DNA from: a virus
Direction: 5' to 3' (one strand)
Virus record (IMG/VR): IMGVR_UViG_3300027777_000023
Location: 1 to 64,000 of that record
DNA length: 64,000 nt
A program made the position numbers and the translations under genes. Position 1 is the first letter of the stretch, and the number at the start of each line of letters is the position of its first letter. Under the pieces are notes generated by a model. The model did no database searches. It was not told the origin of the DNA and saw only the letters and a program-made list of their open reading frames with translations. Below are positions 1-10,480 of the stretch, piece after piece.

Positions 1-1821
1 TTGATCAGCAACAACCCCCGGATTCGTAATATGAATTCCGCCGCTGTGGCAAAGATGTCTGTGGATGCTATAAATAAAGCTGCCGACATGAGCAGTAGTA
101 TGGGTGCTCGTGATTATCGTGAGTTTGGCGGCAGTCAGGAGCAAGCAGCCAGAGACATACAGGAAAAAACAAATTTTGCCTCCTCAGGGTTGGGAGGTTT
201 TGGTGCGGCTTTGTTGGCCAAGGCGGGTGAAGGCACAACAGAATACGAGCAACTTCAGACCTTTTTTAAGGCAGGAGGGCTTACAGCCAAATCTCTAGGT
301 TCTGGGGGCACACAGAAAATTGCAGACATATTGCACACCACTACCGGAGACGTTAATCAGATTGGCGGTAATAGACTGCTTCAGCGTGATGCTATGAAGC
401 AGGAAGGCATTGTTAACACTCTAAATGAGATACATACGCAAACAGCTGTAAGATCTTTTTGGGATTATGCTAAAGCTACTGGATTGGATGAAAAGGAGCA
501 TAAGGCGAAATTTGCAGAGTACATGAAGAAAAACCCCAAAGGCAGTGTTGAAGAGTATTTCAATAAGAACATTAAGGAGCGCCTTGGTGAAGTCGGACAA
601 TCGATATATGAAAGCCAGCAGCAGACCATTAAAATGGATTTCTTGGACTCGCTACGTACCCCAGAAGAGAAGAAAAGATATCAGGCAGCCTTGAGTGAAG
701 ATAAGGCCAGAAGCATAGCGCTATCCGAGAAGTACGCTAGCGCCAATGCCCCAATACTCACACAGGCAATTAGTGCGTTAGCCGAGGGTAAAGATTTTAA
801 AGGTACGGCTCAGGCACTGTCAGGCATACTAGCAGTCAGCACCGACAAGAAGGCTTTGACCGCCGACCAGCAGGCTGCAATAACCAACGCAGCGACCGCT
901 GGCGAGGATCTCGGTAAAAAATTAAGCACAGCCAGAGGCAGCAATGAGGCCTTCAAGGCAGGTGCCCTAGAGGATATCAATAAGTTGAATGCGGGTATAA
1001 AGACTGCCGCACTGTTGGATGCAGAAAAAGCAGGAGGTATAACTACCGAGGAAGGTAGACGTAAATTAGGCGACGCTAAGGATCTTGGAGACGTCTCTAG
1101 GGAGGAATTAGAGGATCTTGCCAAGTACGGACCAAACATGGGCTTTACTAGCGCCAAGAAGTCTGAAGGAGACCTCAACGATCTTGAGGCCAAGCAACAA
1201 ACCGGTAAAAAACTAACGTCTACCGAACAAACGCAGATGAAGCAGCTACAAACAATCCGTAAGATAACAGGCTTCCGCAGTGATAAGTCTGTGGAGATGG
1301 CGCTCAAAGGTGATCTTGGTAATGTAGCTGCAAGTATGATTCAGGGACAGAAGGACGCCATCGCTGAAGATCAAATCAGCGAAAGTAAAAAAGAACGCAC
1401 TTCACAGCTATCAAAAACGCTTGATCTTCGACAAACTGAAAAATCTCCTGCAGCGGCGGCCGATGCAGCCGAGATAAAAGCGGCAAGGGATTATTTCAAA
1501 GACAAGGGTGGCGATGAGGCGATGCTTGCTCAGTGGAAAGACTCGTCGTTAGGAGGCAAAGACAATTACTTCTCAAACAAAAAAGACCCAATCACAAAAA
1601 AACCAAAGAATTGGGGAGCACTTGGAAACACACTAGCAAACACAGCAGCTGAAATCGATAAGGACACACTGGCAGCCAGGGCGGGCGCAGGCGACAAGCC
1701 GCCAACAGCCGAAGAAAAATCCAAGAAAGATTTGATTGACGCCATGGGTAAGCTGACCACTGCCTTGAATAGTGGCGAGGCAGTCACCGCACTTACCAGC
1801 CTTGCAAATGCGCTGAAATAA
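1..1821 (+). CDS. Tape-measure-like virion protein, C-terminal part (5' truncated by window)
   Basis: Open from position 1; long Ala/Lys/Gly/Glu-rich helical sequence lying directly upstream of baseplate genes. Confidence 0.55.
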   Translation: MISNNPRIRNMNSAAVAKMSVDAINKAADMSSSMGARDYREFGGSQEQAARDIQEKTNFASSGLGGFGAALLAKAGEGTTEYEQLQTFFKAGGLTAKSLGSGGTQKIADILHTTTGDVNQIGGNRLLQRDAMKQEGIVNTLNEIHTQTAVRSFWDYAKATGLDEKEHKAKFAEYMKKNPKGSVEEYFNKNIKERLGEVGQSIYESQQQTIKMDFLDSLRTPEEKKRYQAALSEDKARSIALSEKYASANAPILTQAISALAEGKDFKGTAQALSGILAVSTDKKALTADQQAAITNAATAGEDLGKKLSTARGSNEAFKAGALEDINKLNAGIKTAALLDAEKAGGITTEEGRRKLGDAKDLGDVSREELEDLAKYGPNMGFTSAKKSEGDLNDLEAKQQTGKKLTSTEQTQMKQLQTIRKITGFRSDKSVEMALKGDLGNVAASMIQGQKDAIAEDQISESKKERTSQLSKTLDLRQTEKSPAAAADAAEIKAARDYFKDKGGDEAMLAQWKDSSLGGKDNYFSNKKDPITKKPKNWGALGNTLANTAAEIDKDTLAARAGAGDKPPTAEEKSKKDLIDAMGKLTTALNSGEAVTALTSLANALK

Positions 1822-1839
1822 CCCAAACACACAAATTAT

Positions 1840-2286
1840 ATGCCAGCATCAATGATTAACGCCGTCGGCGGGGACGTATTTAAAAGCGGAGGCGGAGGGG
1901 CCGCAGGACTCATCCGTATTCCTGGAGTAGACTCATTGGTTGGCGCAGGCTTGCTGGCCGTGTACGATAGTGTTAGCGTCCAATTAACCGAGACCACGCA
2001 ATTTTTCCTCACATGTGACGACATCGTAAAATTTACCCATTTTGGTATGGGTGTGGGTACGGTTATAGCTGAAGGTACCATGTACTCCACATGTAACGGC
2101 AATTTGCCGGCAGCCTCTAGGTTTTCACGGGCTGTGAGTAGTATGCGAGGTAAGCCCATGTCTGCCATGGTGGGAGGTACCACAGTCACTGTAGTATTAA
2201 ATAGTGCGCAGCTTACGATTGTTGGTGAGCCTGACACTATGGGGCACTTTGTATTTAATTTGGCTGTTATAGGTGAAGGAGTATAA
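1840..2286 (+). CDS. Tail-tube-like / baseplate initiator protein (putative)
   Basis: 148 aa, beta-rich; AT-rich TATG start context; sits between the tape measure and hub genes as in contractile-tail operons. Confidence 0.35.
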   Translation: MPASMINAVGGDVFKSGGGGAAGLIRIPGVDSLVGAGLLAVYDSVSVQLTETTQFFLTCDDIVKFTHFGMGVGTVIAEGTMYSTCNGNLPAASRFSRAVSSMRGKPMSAMVGGTTVTVVLNSAQLTIVGEPDTMGHFVFNLAVIGEGV

Positions 2287-2288
2287 AT

Positions 2289-3245
2289 ATGGTTAATCAC
2301 TCTGCATCATTGCTTGTTAATTTAAATTTAAACGCCACAGATTTCACGACGCCTGACTTTTTTTCGCTGGCCGGAAGCACAAGCTCGGTGATAGCTAACG
2401 AATTGGGTGTGCCACTAGCCACCACCGACACATACACATCATTACGAACATACGCACGTTCTAGTTTGTTTGTGGCTAGAAATTATACTCAATTGAAATT
2501 GCCTAAAGAGTTGAGTAATTTTTACGATATCCTTTTTCCTTCGGGTAGCTCTGATTACTACAAGGAGTTTTTATTGTATTGTTACCTCCAACTCGTGAAC
2601 AGTACGGATAGATACAAGGATATCCTAGCTTACGACAATAGAATATCGTACGCATTGCACGAGATCCGTGAGTATTTTAAATTTTCTGGAAACGCACACA
2701 CATCGTCTAATTCAAAAGATTTTGAGTTGCTGGTCGACGGCGAGATAAAAAATTCTCCTGACATCAATTCAGCAACAACCTATTTTAATGTATGGCAATT
2801 AGGAAATACAAACACTGTATTGATATACTCTCCAACAAACAAAAAGTATTATAAGCCGGGCGCACCTGCACGCACGAACAGCGACAACATGCAGATTGTC
2901 GTGGAAGGCTCTCCTGGAAGCCCAACAACATCAAACACAATAGTAATGGGCGATTCTGGGCTGACCTGCACCATATCTGGAGATCTCCCAAATTTTACAA
3001 CACTAGGCAACAAGTATTGGTCATTCAACTCAACAGCTCCTCTGGTCTTTGATTTTACGGCAAAGTTAGCGGAGCTTTCCAACAGAGTCATGGTAGTAGA
3101 CGCTATGCTAGAACATAACAGAGAGCTGTGCTCTAGCTCTTATGAAAATTTATGGAGATTACACTATAACGATGTATACAAAGTGACAGGTTTACTGTTA
3201 GCTTATATAGAGAGAGTTAATTTAATATGGCAGCAAAAGATGTAA
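2289..3245 (+). CDS. Hypothetical virion/baseplate protein
   Basis: 318 aa ORF, tightly packed in the operon; no motif recognised. Confidence 0.5.
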   Translation: MVNHSASLLVNLNLNATDFTTPDFFSLAGSTSSVIANELGVPLATTDTYTSLRTYARSSLFVARNYTQLKLPKELSNFYDILFPSGSSDYYKEFLLYCYLQLVNSTDRYKDILAYDNRISYALHEIREYFKFSGNAHTSSNSKDFELLVDGEIKNSPDINSATTYFNVWQLGNTNTVLIYSPTNKKYYKPGAPARTNSDNMQIVVEGSPGSPTTSNTIVMGDSGLTCTISGDLPNFTTLGNKYWSFNSTAPLVFDFTAKLAELSNRVMVVDAMLEHNRELCSSSYENLWRLHYNDVYKVTGLLLAYIERVNLIWQQKM

Positions 3246-4855
3246 AAATTAAATGCAGTTTGGGGGACGCTAATGGGGCAACACTCACGTATCAGGTTGG
3301 TAGCATACCCACAGCCACCGTGAGTTTAATTCCTCCTGGAGGATTTGCAGTGGAAGGGTTTCAACTCACGGACGTGGAAGGACAGAAACGTGGAGGCACA
3401 CACTTCATAGATATTTCTGTAAAAGCTCACGCAGCTCTTGGCAGTACCTCAAGGAAAGCTCTTTTTATTGGTACCCTGGACGGTATGAGCGTCAACCAAA
3501 CTTTCGGCAGCGCGCGGTATGAGGCGGTAATAAAGAACAAGGCACAAGTTCTGGCTGAGTTAACCACTATGACTCCAGGGCTGTATCCGGCAGGAGTTAA
3601 CATATATAAAAACCCAGGCTGGTCTTCAATTATAAATAACCAGGAAGATGGAAAGGTGGAGCAGTGGGGTATGATGAGTGAGGCTCCCGAAGTATTCAAT
3701 CATCCACCCATTAAGGCGTATACTGAAATAATTAAATGGGTCCTAGGTAAGCAGAAAAGCGGCTGGGAGAATTATGTGGGTATAGATAAAGATTTGACGG
3801 GAGGTACGCCATTCGATGGAATATTTACTGACGGACGATATTCAAAAGCTTTAGATGAGGCTATAAGAATTTTTGACACTATAGATCTTGATGCTGTTAC
3901 TGGCGGAGCGCAGGCGGGTATAAACTGCACTGACGCTGTTATCACAGACTCCATGGGTTCTTTGTTTAAGTCAGGTCCAAGCGTGCTGCTTGAGAACTAT
4001 CTTGGGTTTCTGAGTTTCATGGGCTGCACAATGATTTTTAGTAATAATAAAGCTTACGTTGTACCAATGAACTCAGCACTCAAGCAGGGAGGTTCGGCGC
4101 CAGGCAAAGGACAGACCCAAGGGTCACCAAATATTGCGGGTCCCGTAGATTACAACAACTACGTTTATAATGATATTGGCTACCGCGATATTGCCTGTGT
4201 GGCTGTTGTGATTGACGCGGGGCCTGGAGGACCCAATCTAGGTAGTGCGACATGGGACACCGGAGGTGCTGCCTACTATTGCGAAAAACAAGGAGCATCG
4301 AAAGCTTCTGGTGTATATGTTGTTCGTGCACACCCATTCATGGCCTTGTCGGCAACACGAGCATTAAACGATACTGCGGAGTTTGCAGATCGAATCGATG
4401 GAGGCACTGACTCGCTACATAAAGCCAAAATTTCATTTGATGCGGCTGCAACAGCTTCAGGTAAGGGTCACGCCGCGCGCGCCAACGCCAAGGTCAAGAC
4501 CGCCCGAACCAAATACGGCAAAGCACTGCAAAGTTTTGCCGAGAATAGGTTTTATCAAGCAAGGTATGGAGACAGGCAAGGTTCAATATTGTTGGATTTT
4601 AACCCCCAGTGGTGTCCAGGCACAGGGGGTGTGTTGTTTATGAAGGGTACGGGTATGGCTGTGGAGTTTTATGTCACATCAGTATCTCATCATGTGGGTG
4701 TTAATTCTCCGGCAGAAGGAACGGCAATAACAACAGTTAATTTTAGTTGTGGTAGGCTAGGTAAGCCGCCTTCTGGTATGTCCTTTGACGCTTTTTTGGG
4801 TTATAGTAGAGGCAAAGAAAAAGGCATTCAGGCGAGCTTTGTTGGAGACACATAA
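3227..4855 (+). CDS. Baseplate hub-like protein (gp27/Mu gp44/VgrG-type)
   Basis: 542 aa; C-terminal 'GSILLDFNPQWCPG...FYVTSVSHHV' resembles hub-protein C-termini; position upstream of gp25/J-like genes. Confidence 0.45.
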   Translation: MAAKDVKIKCSLGDANGATLTYQVGSIPTATVSLIPPGGFAVEGFQLTDVEGQKRGGTHFIDISVKAHAALGSTSRKALFIGTLDGMSVNQTFGSARYEAVIKNKAQVLAELTTMTPGLYPAGVNIYKNPGWSSIINNQEDGKVEQWGMMSEAPEVFNHPPIKAYTEIIKWVLGKQKSGWENYVGIDKDLTGGTPFDGIFTDGRYSKALDEAIRIFDTIDLDAVTGGAQAGINCTDAVITDSMGSLFKSGPSVLLENYLGFLSFMGCTMIFSNNKAYVVPMNSALKQGGSAPGKGQTQGSPNIAGPVDYNNYVYNDIGYRDIACVAVVIDAGPGGPNLGSATWDTGGAAYYCEKQGASKASGVYVVRAHPFMALSATRALNDTAEFADRIDGGTDSLHKAKISFDAAATASGKGHAARANAKVKTARTKYGKALQSFAENRFYQARYGDRQGSILLDFNPQWCPGTGGVLFMKGTGMAVEFYVTSVSHHVGVNSPAEGTAITTVNFSCGRLGKPPSGMSFDAFLGYSRGKEKGIQASFVGDT

Positions 4856-4856
4856 T

Positions 4857-5489
4857 ATGAACACGGTGGAACAACTAATTAAGGATAACAAAAAGCTTAT
4901 TGAACTTGAGGTAAGCCGATACGCAACTAACGTACCACACATCACGATACAGTTAGAGGCATATCGCCTGGCTAGAGAAGCCGCCAGAACATTCAATCCA
5001 GCTCTTGGGTATAAGTTCAGCACACATTTAATGAATAACTTGAAGAAGCTATCCAGAATATCAACACAGTATGGCAGCGTATTACGTATACCAGAAAACA
5101 CCCAATTCGGTATCAACAAACTGCAGAAGATAGAAAAAGACCTAGAACACACACTAGGGCGCCCACCTACTCTCGATGAACTAGCACATCACACTGGTGT
5201 AAGCATGAAGTCTATTTCCAATACCCTAAATAATCGTAAGGTCAGCTCAGGAATATCTTCTTTGTTTGAGTCTCCCGAGCTTCTTGATGGTGCCAACTCA
5301 GAATGGGTACAGTTTGTGTATCACGATCTGTCAGATAAAGATAAGATAATTTTTGAGCATATGACCGGGTTTGGAGGCAAAAAAATATTACCAAATGGTG
5401 AGATTGCACACAAATTAAATTTGTCTATAGGCACATTAAATAATAGAATAAAGTTGATAACCACGACACTTTCGAAAGGTTGGAAATGA
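4857..5489 (+). CDS. Sigma-70 family RNA polymerase sigma factor (regions 2-3-4)
   Basis: Region 2 'EAARTFNPALGYKFSTH', region 3 'LGRPPTLDELA', region 4 HTH 'LSDKDKIIF...EIAHKLNLS'. Start reassigned to ATG 4857, just after the upstream stop. Confidence 0.8.
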   Translation: MNTVEQLIKDNKKLIELEVSRYATNVPHITIQLEAYRLAREAARTFNPALGYKFSTHLMNNLKKLSRISTQYGSVLRIPENTQFGINKLQKIEKDLEHTLGRPPTLDELAHHTGVSMKSISNTLNNRKVSSGISSLFESPELLDGANSEWVQFVYHDLSDKDKIIFEHMTGFGGKKILPNGEIAHKLNLSIGTLNNRIKLITTTLSKGWK

Positions 5490-5896
5490 AATCTATTGAA
5501 GAAATACTAAAAACACTCAATGAGTGGTGCACCGCATTCATACCAACGTACAGACTGACCAATGACACTGGCGGTCGTCCGTGGTATATTGAGGCCACTG
5601 ATTTTCAAGGACCTTTTAAACTGAAGGAATTAAGTAATGTCACAGACCGAGACACACTGAACCAAGATTTCAAGCAACGCTTTTTTGAAAAAGACGTTAA
5701 AGCGAAGAAAGGTGTAAGCGCAATTAAACTGGAAATCTCCGCAATGTATAGCTATAACAAATGCTTTGTTCAAAGATACAAAGGAAGACTGCACTTTTAT
5801 CGCGACGACCTTTCACAAAAAGGTGCCAGAATAATGGTCGCTGCTGGGCAGTCTCACGGTTTATTCAAAGAGTTTAAGAAAAATATGGATTCATAA
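5486..5896 (+). CDS. Hypothetical protein
   Basis: ATGA overlap with the sigma stop; 136 aa. Confidence 0.5.
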   Translation: MKSIEEILKTLNEWCTAFIPTYRLTNDTGGRPWYIEATDFQGPFKLKELSNVTDRDTLNQDFKQRFFEKDVKAKKGVSAIKLEISAMYSYNKCFVQRYKGRLHFYRDDLSQKGARIMVAAGQSHGLFKEFKKNMDS

Positions 5897-5907
5897 CAAC
5901 TCAAAGT

Positions 5908-6387
5908 ATGGCTGTAGCAACAATATCTTCTAATTATACGGGCAGGCGCAAAGACATCAGTATTTTACAATACCCTGACGCCTCCACAGCTTCCACACAG
6001 ACAATGTTTCCTGTGTTCGGTAAGACCACCAGAATGTGTGCTGGCGTGCAGAAATTGGTACAAAAATACGCTATAATTTTATTAACTAATATAAATTCTC
6101 AAGAAACTTTTCCATTGTTCGGTACTGATTTTTTATATCCGCTGCGTGCAGGTATATCTCCTGTAGATAATTTACAAGCTACTCAGCTCTTTAATCTGGC
6201 AAGTTACGCGGCAGTCAACACACTAAAGCGTTATCAGATAGATAATCCGGATATTCCAGCAGACGAAACAATCACCACAGCCGAGCTCACGAACATCAGT
6301 GTGTATGGAGGTTCTGCAAGTTTTGAGGTGACGATTAAAACTGAAGCAGGTGACACTATAGATTTTGTTGTGCCTATACCTAAATAA
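5908..6387 (+). CDS. gp25/GpW-like baseplate wedge protein
   Basis: 159 aa; 'AGVQKLVQKYAIILLT' and 'ITTAELTNI...FEVTIKT' pattern; immediately before the J-like gene. Confidence 0.55.
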   Translation: MAVATISSNYTGRRKDISILQYPDASTASTQTMFPVFGKTTRMCAGVQKLVQKYAIILLTNINSQETFPLFGTDFLYPLRAGISPVDNLQATQLFNLASYAAVNTLKRYQIDNPDIPADETITTAELTNISVYGGSASFEVTIKTEAGDTIDFVVPIPK

Positions 6388-6392
6388 ATATT

Positions 6393-8009
6393 ATGCCAGA
6401 AATACTAGAAAATACAGTAGCAAGATTGGCGACGTTTATATCTGAAAACTATTCAGATATTGAAACAGGTCCAGGCTCTGTCATCAACGAGCTTTTAATT
6501 AAAGTAGCCTCTGCCGTACAAAACAAACAATATAATCTGATATCTGACCTGGCCCAGAGCAACACCATCTCTGCTGTTCTATCCAGCGACACCGATACCT
6601 ATTCTCCAATACTAGACAGCATCGCCTCTAACTATAATACTGCCAGACACGAAGGAGTTACTGTGACAGGTAAGCTTAAAATAACTGTAAGCTCTGATGC
6701 TGGGCATATTCTTCGAGCAGGATTTAGATTTCTACAGCCGGCACTAAATCTGGAATACCATCTATTAAATGAAACGCGGGTAAGTTCTGACCCAGACCCG
6801 GTATTAGATGAATTGCAGTTATTTTCAGCTAATGGTTTATATTACTTCATAGTTGATGTTGTGGCCAGTGGTGTGGGTGCTGAATACCAGGTGTCTTCTG
6901 GTACGGTGTTCACACTCTACTCCACAAATTTTATATCTGGGCTTGTTAAAATAGAGGCGTATGGGAGCTTTTCTTCTGGTGCCTCCCGAGAGACTGACCG
7001 GGAATTGGTGATGAGATTTAAAAGCAGTCTAGGAAACACACGTTTTGAGTCTGCTGCAGGTATCGCAAACAATTTTAAAAATACGTTTGCAGGCTTTCAG
7101 ACTTTGTCGGTTTGTGGAGCCAATGATACAGAAATGTTACGCTCAAAACAGAACGCGCTAGGAATAGCCACTTTTGGAAAAGCTGATGTATATGTAAGAT
7201 CTGTTGTAGGGTTAGAAACCTTCCACATCACCAAGACAGCTACTAAAATAGCCGACAATACTTGGCAGGTGGTTATAGATAACTCCGATGCTCCGGGATT
7301 TTATACAGTAAAGTCTATTGTGCCGGCAATTGTAGATGTAAGCCTTGGTGGTACTTTGGTACCAACCAAGGTGGATTTTGACTGGGCTATTTATAGTGGT
7401 CAGCGAAACAACGATATAAACTCTCGTAGTGAAGCCAGGTTTACAAAATATCAAAACGCAACCGTCACCTTTTCGTACACAGAAGCACCTACAGTTCCAG
7501 TGCACTCTAAGGCGTTATTTGAGCTAAGTCTCACAGGGCAGCCAAATATTATGAAAATGCAAGATCTCTTGCTTGGTGATGCTCAGCGGCTGGCTTGTTC
7601 AGACTATCTAGTTAAATCTGCGGTGCCTTGCATGGTGTCGTTAAATATTTCATTAGCCAAAAAAACAGCGGTAGACACTTACGAGTCTTTGAATTTACAG
7701 CAGCTTAAAAAAGACATATTCATGTATATTAATACTCTACCCTTTGGTTCTGAGTTGCAGGCTTCAAATATTGTGGATATCTGTCACAACTATAAAATTA
7801 AGCGAGTCAATTTGCCTATACATATGACGGGTGTTATAGTCTCACCAGAAGGTGCACCAATAACAATTACCAGCACAGATGTGCTCAGTATTCCTGATAT
7901 GCCTGAGATAGGTGTGACTCCAAAGACTACGCTTTATTTCACAGATTACTATAGGATTGAGGCCGGTGTGGTTAATCCCATAGACAATATAGGTCTGAAT
8001 ATCGCGTAA
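6393..8009 (+). CDS. Baseplate J-like wedge protein (gp6/GpJ)
   Basis: 538 aa; 'GPGSVINELL', 'ASGVGAEYQV', 'SGASRETDRELVMRF' are typical J-family segments. Confidence 0.75.
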   Translation: MPEILENTVARLATFISENYSDIETGPGSVINELLIKVASAVQNKQYNLISDLAQSNTISAVLSSDTDTYSPILDSIASNYNTARHEGVTVTGKLKITVSSDAGHILRAGFRFLQPALNLEYHLLNETRVSSDPDPVLDELQLFSANGLYYFIVDVVASGVGAEYQVSSGTVFTLYSTNFISGLVKIEAYGSFSSGASRETDRELVMRFKSSLGNTRFESAAGIANNFKNTFAGFQTLSVCGANDTEMLRSKQNALGIATFGKADVYVRSVVGLETFHITKTATKIADNTWQVVIDNSDAPGFYTVKSIVPAIVDVSLGGTLVPTKVDFDWAIYSGQRNNDINSRSEARFTKYQNATVTFSYTEAPTVPVHSKALFELSLTGQPNIMKMQDLLLGDAQRLACSDYLVKSAVPCMVSLNISLAKKTAVDTYESLNLQQLKKDIFMYINTLPFGSELQASNIVDICHNYKIKRVNLPIHMTGVIVSPEGAPITITSTDVLSIPDMPEIGVTPKTTLYFTDYYRIEAGVVNPIDNIGLNIA

Positions 8010-8013
8010 TATT

Positions 8014-9864
8014 ATGACTCTAGATTTTCTACCTTCAACGTTCCCAGCAGGAGATGTCACAGACGGTCAATACCTATATCGGTCACTAGGTTCGTTTTGG
8101 ACGCAGGTATTTCAAGATAAGAACGCATTGAAGGGATACACTATAGGAATGGCGGAAGAACTAGCGCAGTCTTATCTAAAATTGGTCGAGACCATCAACC
8201 AATACTCAATTAAAAATATAGATACACTGCATACGGAAAAATGGCTTCCGCTAACGATTAAGAAATCAGAATTTAATAGAGTTCCTTTTGTCTTTACTCC
8301 TGGTGGGGCCGTGTTCGGTCGGCAGCCATCAACTGATACTCTGTACGCTTCTCAATTATTCCGTTTCGGGCAGCCCAAGACAGGCACCACAACCCATGCC
8401 TATAGTTTTGCCCCAAAAATAAATTTGCGGGAATTTGGTGTTATAGCCAACAGGATAATATCGCCATCTTTAACTCTTTTGCCTGGTGTAGATGTCCGTT
8501 ATGAGGGTGGGTTGATGTATTTTAATGCTGACTTATTTGATAACGAGTATATTCCAAAAGCCGCCGTATTAACCGAGGGAGGAACTGTCAGCACATTTCA
8601 AGATATTGATGGTCGCACGGTGAGGGATGAATTTATCGTACTGTGGCTTTACATGGCTAAAGTAGATGAGGCCACCATATACAAAAATTTTGGGGTGTTG
8701 CTTGACCTTAAGCTGGACACCTCCGAAGACTATAAAACTTTATTGGGTGCAATCATAAACCTCGCCGTCGAGGGCCCGACAATAGCTGCAATTCGTGCAG
8801 CTTGCTGTGCGTTACTAGGTGCTCCTTTAATAATTGAGCCGTCGGAAGTTGTTGAGGATGTTTATGACTTTGCGTCTTGGAAGTATATCATTACAGATAA
8901 AAATACATATAGATTTCCTAGTTCGGTTGAGTTAGATCGTGCAGTGAGAATCGACAGCAAGCTGTACGCAGGGCAGTCTCTTTCTTCCAGTGTTAGTGTG
9001 GTCGATTTGGTTATGGATCCTGTCTGGTGGCAACGAGAAATTTCTTCAGGAAAAGTCGGGTTCGCTTCTCATTTATTTGCAGCAGGACCAAAAAATCAAC
9101 TTTTTTTCGAGAACAAGCGGCGCACTATAAATTATGATGGAATGCGTTTAACTTTTCCTGTTCTAGGTGACCCTGCAGATGTTCTTATTTTCAACAACTA
9201 TTTAAATCACCCCAGCAGACAGCCAGCCATACTTAACGCACTACACATCACCCCCGGAGCTGCAGAGACCACGACCGCTAATCCTCTAGACTTTGTATTT
9301 AATAACTTTTTTAAAAATAACTGTTTATTGTTAAAGCTGGTTTTTCATACCGATCAGCAGCTCAGGCGATTCTTCGCTTTACTGCCGTACCTTCAGAGTT
9401 ACTTTCCGCCACACGTATACATTATAACTTATGTGAATTTAAATTTATCGATTGACTCTATAGATAATTTAAATAATGGCCTAACTATCCCTCAGGCTCC
9501 AGGCCAATTGTTCAGCTTGGACGGTTCAAATATTTTAACAGGTTCTCGACCAACCATACTTTCTACAACCACAAGCAGAGACGACGATTACTATAAAGAT
9601 TATATAAATCGCATGTTTTGCATAGCTGTGGGTCCCTATAGAAATCCAGTTCCTCCTCATCATCCTAGTATGGTACCTAGTGAGCAGGACAAGCCGCTAC
9701 ACTCTTCAGATAATCTTGACGAGTTGTCCGCTAATACCGTTGATGGTATAACCTGTGGAACGCTGCGTACATACATTCCAGTAACAGTAACACCTCCAGG
9801 CCAGGATACGCCTCGCCGCCCATCTACCAAAGAAGTCCCGGCGATCTTATTAATAGACTTTTAA
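8014..9864 (+). CDS. Baseplate wedge protein (P2 I / gp7-like)
   Basis: 616 aa following J; 'NFGVLL...YKTLLGAIINLAVEGPT' and 'YFPPHVY' patterns. Confidence 0.5.
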   Translation: MTLDFLPSTFPAGDVTDGQYLYRSLGSFWTQVFQDKNALKGYTIGMAEELAQSYLKLVETINQYSIKNIDTLHTEKWLPLTIKKSEFNRVPFVFTPGGAVFGRQPSTDTLYASQLFRFGQPKTGTTTHAYSFAPKINLREFGVIANRIISPSLTLLPGVDVRYEGGLMYFNADLFDNEYIPKAAVLTEGGTVSTFQDIDGRTVRDEFIVLWLYMAKVDEATIYKNFGVLLDLKLDTSEDYKTLLGAIINLAVEGPTIAAIRAACCALLGAPLIIEPSEVVEDVYDFASWKYIITDKNTYRFPSSVELDRAVRIDSKLYAGQSLSSSVSVVDLVMDPVWWQREISSGKVGFASHLFAAGPKNQLFFENKRRTINYDGMRLTFPVLGDPADVLIFNNYLNHPSRQPAILNALHITPGAAETTTANPLDFVFNNFFKNNCLLLKLVFHTDQQLRRFFALLPYLQSYFPPHVYIITYVNLNLSIDSIDNLNNGLTIPQAPGQLFSLDGSNILTGSRPTILSTTTSRDDDYYKDYINRMFCIAVGPYRNPVPPHHPSMVPSEQDKPLHSSDNLDELSANTVDGITCGTLRTYIPVTVTPPGQDTPRRPSTKEVPAILLIDF

Positions 9865-9875
9865 AGCTGTATAGG

Positions 9876-9881
9876 TATAAT
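9876..9881 (+). promoter_or_regulatory. -10 box TATAAT, 7 nt upstream of ATG 9889
   Basis: Exact TATAAT; TAGACT lies 16 nt upstream. Confidence 0.5.
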
Positions 9882-9888
9882 ATAACTT

Positions 9889-10476
9889 ATGGGAACAATA
9901 GAAACTTTAAACGTAACGCACGGGCTTGCTGGATTTGTAAAGATTTGGCGTACAGATATAAAGACTGGTGAGGTTGTTTTGCTTGTAGATAAGCAGAATA
10001 AAATTCTTAAGCAGGGAGCCAAAATTATTTCGCAGCTGCTTGGAGGCAAACCAGAATCAAAAATTTGGGGAATGTATATCGGATACAACAATGATCCTAG
10101 CTATGAGCTGACTAACGCCCCAACGATAGACGTAGACTACTCTCATCCATTTTCACAGTTTTCTGAAAATCCTGGAAGTATGTTTGGTTATCTTAGAGAA
10201 CCACTAACATTCACACCGAACTATCTATCTTCTACCTCTTACGAAGACAATACTGTTCTATTCTCCACGATGATCACCTCGGCTAATTCTGTGGGAGGCG
10301 CAGAATTTATCACAGGAACAAGTAATATTTATGAGGTGGCGCTTATTGCCGCACCGGCTTTGAACGACGTCACCAAAGACTTGGTTTTTTCTCGCACAAA
10401 TTTTAATCCTGTTCAGTACAATTCCAGTTACAACTTCACGATTACTTGGGGAGTGAGAATTCTGGTTCCTGCATAA
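9889..10476 (+). CDS. Tail-fibre attachment/collar-like protein
   Basis: 195 aa; 'NKILKQGAKII...IYEVALIA...VFSRTNF' resembles fibre-proximal domains. Confidence 0.4.
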   Translation: MGTIETLNVTHGLAGFVKIWRTDIKTGEVVLLVDKQNKILKQGAKIISQLLGGKPESKIWGMYIGYNNDPSYELTNAPTIDVDYSHPFSQFSENPGSMFGYLREPLTFTPNYLSSTSYEDNTVLFSTMITSANSVGGAEFITGTSNIYEVALIAAPALNDVTKDLVFSRTNFNPVQYNSSYNFTITWGVRILVPA

Positions 10477-10480
10477 ACAT

